Below are positions 54,155-64,000 of a DNA stretch of 64,000 bases, one piece after another. A program made the position numbers and the translations under genes. The notes beneath the pieces were generated by a model. It saw nothing but the letters and a program-made list of their open reading frames with translations, did not search any database and had not been told where the DNA came from. Each line of letters starts with the position of its first letter. The first letter of the stretch is position 1. This DNA is from the human T2T-CHM13v2.0 reference genome, Homo sapiens. Location of the stretch: NCBI RefSeq assembly GCF_009914755.1, contig NC_060925.1. One strand, 5' to 3'.

Positions 54155-54250
54155 ATGGGCAGCAGCTTTTAATCCATTATATCTAATCTTTAGAATCAGT
54201 TCCTTTCTTCTACTTGAGTCATGCTTCAAGGGGGCTTCAGAAGCTTCTAG

Positions 54251-54730
<480 letters not shown>

Positions 54731-55957
54731 TAACGTATTTTTCTAAGCAAGAGTGCCTGCAAGTAAATGTTCCAAGTCCACGTGCTTGTATATTTGAAAA
54801 AGTCTGCTTTTCCTTCATACTTTGGCTGTAATTTTTTCTCAGACCATTGCAGGCTCTGTTGCCTTCAAGATCTCATACATTTGAGATTGCTGAATGTTAG
54901 GCTGATCCTTGATCCTTTTGTTTGTAACCTATATTTGCTTTCTAGAAACTTCTCAGACATGCTGTTTATTCTCAGTATCTGAAGTTCCATGATGCTGTCT
55001 AGATGTAGGTCTTTTGCACTTGCTGAGCTCGATACCTTGGAGTTGGGGGGGTGGGGGTGGTTCAAAAACAAAAACTTGTATCTTTCTATTCAGCTCTGGA
55101 AATGTTTCTTCTACTGTTTAATGATTTTCTTCTTTCTGTCCTGTCTTTCCAGTACACCTATTAGTTAAGGTTAAATCTGGATGGATTCACTGTATTTGAC
55201 AACTCTGAGCTGAAGCTTCTGGCAGATCAGTTTTTTGCATTGTTGTAGTCCCTGCCTGAGTGTCCTGGGCTGACATCATCTTCTCAATTTAAAAAAAAAA
55301 AAAAAAGAAAAAGTCCATCCACAAGCTTATGTTCTCCTTCCATCCTCTAGAAATATGTTGAAATACCTCATCCACAGATGGCATCCCTCTCTTTCTCTTA
55401 GTTTATTCCTTTGTATATCCTATATTTTCTTTTCCAACCTTTGTGTTCTATCTGCCATCTTGCCAGAACATTTGAAGTTTACCTTGGGTGACACAGTTGA
55501 AATAAAACTGCTGCACCAATTTCTCAGCAGTGCTATTTTTAAATATAAGAATATGTTATACAACTTAAGTAATATCAAAACACACGTTTAAATATCTAAG
55601 TATTTTATCATTGTAAAGATAGGATACAAAGAGCAAAATACATGCAAGTTTTCTTTTCTTAAAGAAAGTAATAGAGTACTATTTTTCTTCTGTTATTTTT
55701 CACTTTCATATAAAATGCAGCTCCTGAACTCACACAGTTTTAAAAACATTTTTTTTCATTTAAGTGCTATCTTAAAAGCTTCTTTGTACAAAAACTTAAA
55801 TGATTTTCTGTAGAGATTTTCCGTGTGTCCTTGGACCAATATCTGATTCTTTAAAGACATGTTACCCAATATGATATTAATGTATTATTATTATACAAGT
55901 TGTAATAGGAGGATATTGATTTTTTTCTGCCAAAGGAGAGGTAGAAGGGTTATGTGT

Positions 55958-56322
55958 TGATATGGTTTGGCTGCGACCCCACCCAAATCTCATCTTGAAT
56001 TGTGGTTCCCATAATCCCCATGTCTCCTGGAAAGGACCTTGTGGGAGGTGATTAGATCATGGGGGCAGTTCCCCCATGCTGTTCTTACGACAGTGAGTGA
56101 ATGCATCTGATGGTTTTATAAGGGGCTCTTCCCCGCTTCACTCTGCATTTATCTTTCCTGCTGCCATGTGAAGAAGAATGTGTTTGCTTCCCCTTCCACC
56201 ATGATTGTAAGTTTCCTGAGGCCTCCCCTCAGCCATGCAGAACTGTCAGTTAAACCTCTTTCTTTTATAAATTACCCAGTCTTGGGCAGTTCTTTATAGC
56301 AGCATGAGAATGGACTAATACA
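55958..56322 (+). mobile_element. THE1 (B/C-like) solo LTR
   Basis: tgatatggtttggctg...cccacccaaatctcatcttgaattgt...ataaattacccagtc...gactaataca. Confidence 0.93.
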
Positions 56323-56449
56323 TGTTCCTACACATACTCTTGGCCATAAATAAAGTTCTATAGTAACTTTTCTTCAAATAAGTAGGCTTCTAGTGAACCC
56401 AAAAATATGTGAGCAAAACATAAATTTATAAATTTATGACTCTTCTAGT

Positions 56450-57330
56450 TGTTTATTGATGACTGAAATATATTTATTTAATAAATATTTGTGCTGAGCA
56501 CTATATTTCACCCGAGATACATAGTAAACAATACATCATATGCTTGAAGAACTATTGGGCCTAATAAAGGGATGCAAATTAGTAAACAGCGAATTTTCAA
56601 AAATGTGATCAGTGATCCTGTGGAGTAAATATAAGATGCTATTAAAGCTTATCAAAAGGTGAATTAACCTTGTGGATGAGAAGGGGGGCAATTTAGGTGA
56701 GAGATGGCTTCCCAAGTAGGTGACTCCTGAGCTGAGACTCAAAAGATGGGCATGAATTATCCAGGGAAGGAACTGGGGTCCTGGAAGATAAAAGAAACAT
56801 TCTAGGCAACCAGAATATATGTGTGAAGGCCTGGAGGCAGGACCAGTCATGAACCAAAGTCACAAGCAAAGATGGCAAGAGACAAAACTAGAGAAAGAAG
56901 CAAGAGCTAGATTCAAAAGTTACCAGGATACCCTATCAAGGAATGTGGACTTTCTTCTGAAACATAAAGAACTATGCTCAGCATAAGAGCAATTCCTCCA
57001 TACTCTCTTCAAGCAAGTTCTGTTTTTTTTAATAAACGAGGTAATAATATGACAAACTTTCATTGTGAGTTTATCATGTCCAAGATACTAGACTTAGCAG
57101 GTAGGACTTAAAGGCATTTAACTTTAAGAATCAGTGTGAAAATAGGTTAGAATATTTTGAGATGCTGTGTATTCTGATAAGAAAGGAACATACACAGGAG
57201 AGAGCTGAGTTATAGAAAACTGAAAAGTTATGCTACAGCCTAATGCTATAGTAGGAATTTGGACTTTAACTAATAAAGATGCTATCCAAATTTTTTGAGC
57301 AGGGAAGAGGCATAATTACATGTGTGTTTT
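56450..57330 (-). mobile_element. L2 fragments
   Basis: aataaatatttgtgctgagcact...ggtgactcctgagctgagac...gtgtgaaggcctggaggcagga...ttttgagcagggaagaggcataat. Confidence 0.7.
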
Positions 57331-57847
57331 ACCCAAAGTGTGTATTCCCACTCTTTATTATACTGCATACATCAGGAAGTATATTACTTGGCTTGAAGCA
57401 ATTTCAGCTTCATTTCTCTTTTGGTTAATTAGGGACCTAGGTTATCTAAATGAGCCACTATGGTTTGTTTTAAATATTGATGTTGGAGACTGCTGCTCAG
57501 CATTCTCTTCAAATTCAATCAAACTGAACATTTGTTCAACTTGCCTTCAAGGATCTCATCGTCTAAAGTTAAACCCAAAAGTAGCCCTGTAAGCCCCCAA
57601 TGTATTTGTCTCTTATCATTCAATGATAGTGAAGTTGAACAGGCACAAAATCTTACGATAATCTCATGGGTTTTTCTGCATTTTCTCCATCCCCTTTGTG
57701 GGGCTTCTCATTTAGTGATTCAAGTTAATTTAGAGAGAGTGGTTTAAGTCAACCCATAATCCTTCTTCCATGGAAACTATCAAGAAGTCATTTGTGTTCT
57801 GGAAACTAAAAAAAGGTTTCTGTTGCCCTTTCTACCTTCTCAGGAAC

Positions 57848-58030
57848 AAGGGCAGATCCAAGTTGTGTGCATATGCGGTTTATTCATTGAGAAGGAGAAA
57901 AATTCTTTAAGAAAAAAGGAATACAAAATTACACATACAAATACCTAGCTTTTCTTCTTGGAAGAACTTGAAAGGGATACTTATAAATAAAGGGCTAAGC
58001 TCTATTAGCTTCATGGCAAATACCCCTCTG
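57848..58030. mobile_element. hAT MITE (MER53-like)
   Basis: agggcagatcca...tctttaagaaaaaaggaatacaaaattac...attagcttcatggcaaatacccctctg. Confidence 0.6.
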
Positions 58031-59889
58031 ATGCGTATCCAATATATAAATCTGCAATACACTTTTAAGAGTTATCAACAAAATTTACACCTACATTGGC
58101 CATTTTGGATATAAGAAATATGTCAAAAATGTGAAGGTCCTTTAAAGGTTCCTGCTTTTTGTTATAATCAACCCACATTCGCCAAAACCTTGACTGTCAC
58201 AGGGAGAAACTCTCATCTGAATATTCAATCAACAAGAAAATACTTGTGGATTGCCAACCCCTTTCCCTCACTTGCTTTGAACTATTTTACTAGTCCTAGA
58301 TTCCAGTCCCCAACACTTAAAATTCACAATGAATCCTTGCTTCATATCTGGCGTTTCAACAAGGTCCACCCAGAGAGTGAGGCCATTTTCAAATGCTGGC
58401 AGCCATATAGCTAATAAGGTAGAAGAGATGTGTTCCACCAGTTAGAAAAAAAAAACAGGGAAAAAAGAAGAAGAATAAAGCTGTTTGGGTCAGCGTCCTT
58501 AAGTTTGTTCCTGAGGCCAATGTTGCCGGCTGCATTTAGCAGCTTAGTTCCCTGGAAATGAGTGGTACAACTCTGCAGATAAGTCTGTAGACCTCTGGAA
58601 TACAAGCAAGTAGCTCCTCATTATACAAATAGAAGCAACTCAACTATGCATGCCCTCAAACTGAGCTCAGTGTTCTGCTGCATTTCAAAAATATCCATCT
58701 GTTCCAAGAGAAGAAACAGGAAGTTTTGTTAATTATCTCTCACAACCCACTAGTTAGTTTCCAGAAAAATCACTAAAGCCATCTTTCCTGAATAAATTTA
58801 ACAAGTAAGTTACAAGATGCAATGCAGTAGATAAACCTTACATTACTCCTTTTAAATGAACTGAATCTATCAGTTGGCCAATTTCACACTCACTGCCTCT
58901 ATTCCCCTTTTCGTGTCCTCAGGATTCAACAGACGTATTTTCTGTACACAACTTTTTTATGTAACAATATTGATTAATAAAGCAATATCACACTAGTTAT
59001 ATGCAAAACACTAGATATTACACAACTGTTTGAGAGATATTTTCAGATGTATTTGCTTTGAGCACAACTTTGCTTCCAGATTCCATTAAAATCTCACAAA
59101 TGTTCACACTATTAGACAAATTAATAGGAATTTTTTTTCTTGGTTATTAACTAATTTAAATAGGTACCTCTGAAACTTCTTCCCCAGTCCAATTATGTTG
59201 TCTTAACAAAGATTCCATGCCAGAGTGCTAAGGATATTAAGGATACACATGCCCAATTGGACTCTTGCCATCATTCTATAAATCATTGCCAATTATGCCA
59301 ATAAAGCATCCTGAGCAATGATTGATTTCTTAGTTATGCAGTCAGCTGTTCTTCAACACTTTGTTTTCCTTGAAATGTCTCAATCATGGCCCAGTTTCCT
59401 GAGACCATGATGGTTTACATTCCTCCAAAAGAGACATTTGTACACATCTGTTGGTAAGTAAAAAAGAGTTTAGAAATTCAGTGAAACCTCATTAATTCCA
59501 TCTAACTGTTGGGAAAGATAATTCAAGTTTATGAAAATTCTGGATTTTGATTTTATAGAAATGCAAGGTAGGCTTTTTTGTCTACTTTTTATATCTGTAA
59601 ACAACTCAAATTCATCTAACAAAGAATCACTTTTTGAAGTGCTCAGAGTGTATGGTAAATTTATTAAAATGTAATAAATATTTAGCATTATCATAACAAT
59701 CTGTTAACTTGGGTCATTTCTTCACTAGCAAATAGAGTCATATCTTTGAAATCTGAATCAATCAGCCCTTTAATTTTTTATTTGCATTAATTACTTGCCA
59801 AAATTCAAATATGCTTTTGATAAAATATCCTGGATCAAGGCTGGATATTTGATATTTATTAAGACATCAATCACTAGACACAGCTGGAA

Positions 59890-60530
59890 AACAAAGTGAT
59901 AGAATGGAAAGCCCATAGACCTTGAAGCCAAACAGAACGGGATTCAAATCTCAGCTCTACCACTCACTTGCTCTATAGGATTTATCTGTTAATTCAGCCA
60001 ATAAATATATAATGTACAGGTACTCAGGGCAGCAGATACAGTGATGGTTTCAACACTAAGGTCCCTACTTCCCAAAGGTTAAATCCTCTAGGTAAGGAGA
60101 AGAAAATAATCCAATAAAAAAAAAAAGATTTTCAGATAATGTTAAGTCTGTAAAGAGTGAACAGAGTGAGGGTTACAATGGTATATAACATGTTAAAGTG
60201 GTTAGAGAAAGTTTGAAGAGCCGGTGATGTCCCATTTGAGATGGAAATAAAACAGAGGGCCAGTTATGCAAAGGCTGGGAGGGGGCAGGGTGTTCAAAGC
60301 AAAGAGAACAGTACAGTAGTCCAAAGTTGGAACAAGTTTGGTGTGTTTAAAGAAAAGAAATAGGCCATTGCACTTGCTCTCTCTGAGAGACAAAGATCTT
60401 CATATGTGTGGTGGGATTAACAATAGCAGGACCATTATTAGATATTTTATTTGCAAAGTACCTCAGCAGTGCCTAGCACATTTTAGACACTCAAAGAAAG
60501 TATATATTAACATGATAATGAATGTTTGGA
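59890..60530. mobile_element. MIR and L2 fragments, intermixed
   Basis: gggattcaaatctcagctctaccactcact (MIR); gagggccagttatgcaaagg...aaagcaaagagaacagtac (L2, minus). Confidence 0.65.
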
Positions 60531-60607
60531 GTGCTGGTATCCTGTAATCAATCTAATATCTACAAAACCAAAAAATGTTATCTACTCAGAATTATGAATG
60601 ATTTCTT

Positions 60608-61054
<447 letters not shown>

Positions 61055-61739
61055 TCAAAACATTTTAATACAAACCAGCACTGAAAAGTGGTTCACAAAC
61101 CTTGTGGATATGTGAAAAAAAAATTGATATTGATAAAGGGGCAATGTGTCACCCTGGGTCATTTATAAATATGCATGTTCTCTGCATTATCAATACAAAA
61201 ATGTTTAAACATATACACTGTGTCCGAATTGTCATAACACTGCAACCCAAATTAAGTGTTCATAATATACTTTCTAAAGTGCCAGTCTAAACCTGTTAAT
61301 TGTCCTAACCATAATGAAATTCATAAGCAGCCCTCTTAACATTTAACTTTAAATTACCTCTGGGTGATAACTGACTCAGTCATACTACTTCATAATCATT
61401 GCCCTAATATTTACTAAGGCCTAAGCTACTTAATTCTTCCTAACAATAAAAATGTCTACACACCAAGAGAGCTACTTTAAACACAATTCAAATCAAACAG
61501 ACAAAACCTTGGAATTGTAGAAGGGAAAAAAACAAATAAGTTCTAATTCAGTGAGAAATATTACAAATTAAAAGAAGCCATCTTCTTTATTTTAAAAATG
61601 CTAGTTGTCCACAGGTAAAATGAAAACTTGCCAAAGTTGATTTTACCTTCTCTCCCTGGGTTCTTTGAGATCCACAGCCACAGAAAAAAATAAATCATCT
61701 CACTTTTACTTAAACATCTTTATTCTAAAATCAGAAATT

Positions 61740-62420
61740 GGAAAAAGAAAACAAATTTGAATAAATAAATAAAGTAGTATTGGATTGTAATATAAAACAG
61801 ATATCTGTGAGTCCATACTGATGTGAATAAATGATTGAATAAATACATAAATGGGGAAGAAAAAACAAATCTCCCATACAGAAGAATTCCAAATAATTTA
61901 TGTAGATACTCTGCCTACAAGGGAATGAAGCAAAACTCCCCACTCAGGTGTTAGCTAAGGAAGTGACTTTCTTCTAAACAGCACAGTAAGGAAACAGATA
62001 AAAACTTGACCATGGAGAAACCTGACAAACCGCCCCCTCAGCCAGGTGATCAAGTTTGCCATCAATGGTGATAAGGCATGCTGACGATTATGCACCTTGA
62101 CATGAGATGATGCTCTGAGAAATGATGCTTTCAGAATGGTACTTCTTCTCAAAAACCCATAATCTCCATCTAATAAATGAGAAATACATGTGACAAATTC
62201 CAATAGAGGGTCATTCTACAAAATATCTGACCAGTACTCCTCAAAACTGTCAGGAACATTAAAAACAAACAAAGTCTGAGAAACTGTCAAGCCAAGAGGA
62301 ACCTAAGAAGACATAACAACTAATGTAATATATCCTGGATGAGATTCGGGAACACAAAAAGGAAAAGACATTGAGTAAAAACAAGAGATATGAATGAAGT
62401 ATGGACTTTAGTTTTAAAAA
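61740..62420 (+). mobile_element. L1MC-like 3'UTR
   Basis: gaaacctgacaaac...agccaggtgatcaag...ccagtactcctcaaaactgtca...gtctgagaaactgtca...gtatggactttagtt. Confidence 0.85.
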
Positions 62421-62789
62421 AGAAACTATGTAAACTTACAAGTCTCCTGAATCCTTTGAAATGAGCCTAAGTGAACCAGGAGTAAAACAGGCTATTTTCA
62501 TTAATTGATTTTCTTTTTTTCTAGCATAGGTTATTAGTTAACTCAGAATAAAATATTATCAATAACCGAAAGGCAGCATCTGAAGAAAGCATCGAAGTTG
62601 TCAACACTATGTCCTCAAGGTGTTTTAAAAGTTTACTGACTTAAATAACAATGGTAATATTTATAAGTAATCTATTTGGAAGTGCAGGGGAAAAAAAAGC
62701 TCAGGAATCTCAGCTGCCACCTAGGAATTGCTCTCCTTCTGTGGACCTCTTGCTAATAAGAACCCTTATGGAGAAATAACAATATTAAA

Positions 62790-63015
62790 TATTGGCAGAC
62801 TTTTATTAGGCACTTACTATGTACCAGGAAAAATTACAAGCCCTTGTACATATCAACTCACTTAAATCTCACATTATCATTATCATCATTATTATTTTTA
62901 TTCCCATTTTACTAATGAGGAATTTGAGGCACTAAGAGGTTAAGTAACCTGCCCAGTAACCAAACTAGTAAGTGACAGAGCCAGATTGTGAGCTCAGGCA
63001 GTCTGGCTCCAGAGC
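62790..63015 (-). mobile_element. MIR SINE
   Basis: gcacttactatgtaccagg...cccattttactaatgaggaatttgaggc...ggttaagtaacctgccc...ggcagtctggctccagagc. Confidence 0.88.
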
Positions 63016-63199
63016 AGGTACATCAGTTTCCTAAATGGGCTCATCCCATCCCCTCCGCTTTCTCTTAAGGATTCCATCTGAGCTGGTGGATGTCTACCTG
63101 CCTCCTTTGTCCCATGCTGAATCCTCTCCTTGTCAGCCACCATCACTAACTTTGGGGAAACCTAACAGGATTTCTGAGTATGCAGATCTGTTGCTTGTC

Positions 63200-63445
63200 T
63201 GTAGCAAGTTGGTCATCCAAGAAACAGATTCTGAGATGGAGTTTAGCATGTGTGCTGTTTATGAAGGAGTGTGCAAGGGACCAATGCCTGTGGAAGGGAA
63301 AGGTGGAAAGCAGTGGTGCAGGGGAGAAGTCAATCAGTGATGCAGGCCCAAACAACAATCTCAGCCAACTCCAAAGGGGGCTCTGGGTCTGAAATGGCCC
63401 TTGGAGTTACCTCCAGATGGGACAAGATGGCCGGGCCTTCATAAA
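63200..63445 (-). mobile_element. ERVL LTR fragment (LTR33/LTR16-like)
   Basis: aacagattctgagatggagtttagc...cctgtggaaggga...tctcagccaactcca...atggccctt. Confidence 0.7.
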
Positions 63446-64000
63446 CAGGATGATGAATTACCTGATCACGCTACCTAAGACCCACCACAATCAGCATAGA
63501 ACAAACTCTTCAGTTCCCTCAACAGCCATGCCTATATGCCTATTCTAAAGCATGTGTCATGGGCTCCCAGTGGATAATTTTGCTGAACTTCAGAAGGCCC
63601 ATTTGGAGTAAGTTATAATCACAGTGATTTCATCTGACAGGTATCTCCCTTTGTACCTAAGTATCAAGCATGGAATTTGAAATTCCACAGTTGGAATTAT
63701 TTTTTTCTATTTTAAAGTTTTTTTAATCATCAAAACATTTTACTAAATTGCAGATAACCGTCCTAAGAGGAAATTTAAACCATTTTCAGCTAATCTTAGG
63801 GGCCTTTAACGGATTGTAGCTGAGAGCAAAGAAGAGAACACTCTGAAAGAGAAATGGGGCACTAAAAGAAGTAAGAGTGTGCCAGAGATAAATACTATCT
63901 TCCTTCACAGCTCTGCTGACAGTCAGTTCTGCCCCTGGGTTCTCACAAAGAGGCTACTCTCTTCTCTTTTCAAATTTATCATTTTAGCACCCTCAGGCTT

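Noticed and set aside
62711-62730. CTCF-like motif (tcctaggtggcag on the minus strand)
   Set aside because: The 5' CC core is mismatched; too weak without ChIP data.

Overview
Primate (human-like) non-coding genomic DNA with no intact protein-coding gene. About half is interspersed repeat: Alu, L1M, L2, MIR, MaLR/ERV LTRs and DNA-transposon relics. The clearest gene-derived items are (i) a 5'-truncated processed retrocopy of the PPP6R3 3' end (minus strand, about 53176-54154) with poly(A), target-site duplication (TSD) and what appears to be a non-canonical last exon, and (ii) a 7SL RNA pseudogene (about 33329-33606). Regulatory candidates are an orphan CpG island (about 18070-18600) joined to a homeobox/POU/SOX-motif-rich unique block, a full-length solo LTR12 (22384-23868) with a mutated poly(A) signal, and several repeat-free enhancer-like stretches. 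Several minus-strand splice-site pairs may mark a spliced lncRNA. I found no evidence of a new multi-gene system. The long ORFs in the track come from repeats or low-complexity sequence. Repeat subfamily names and the PPP6R3 assignment are recalled from memory, not from a database search, and the boundaries of old repeats are approximate.
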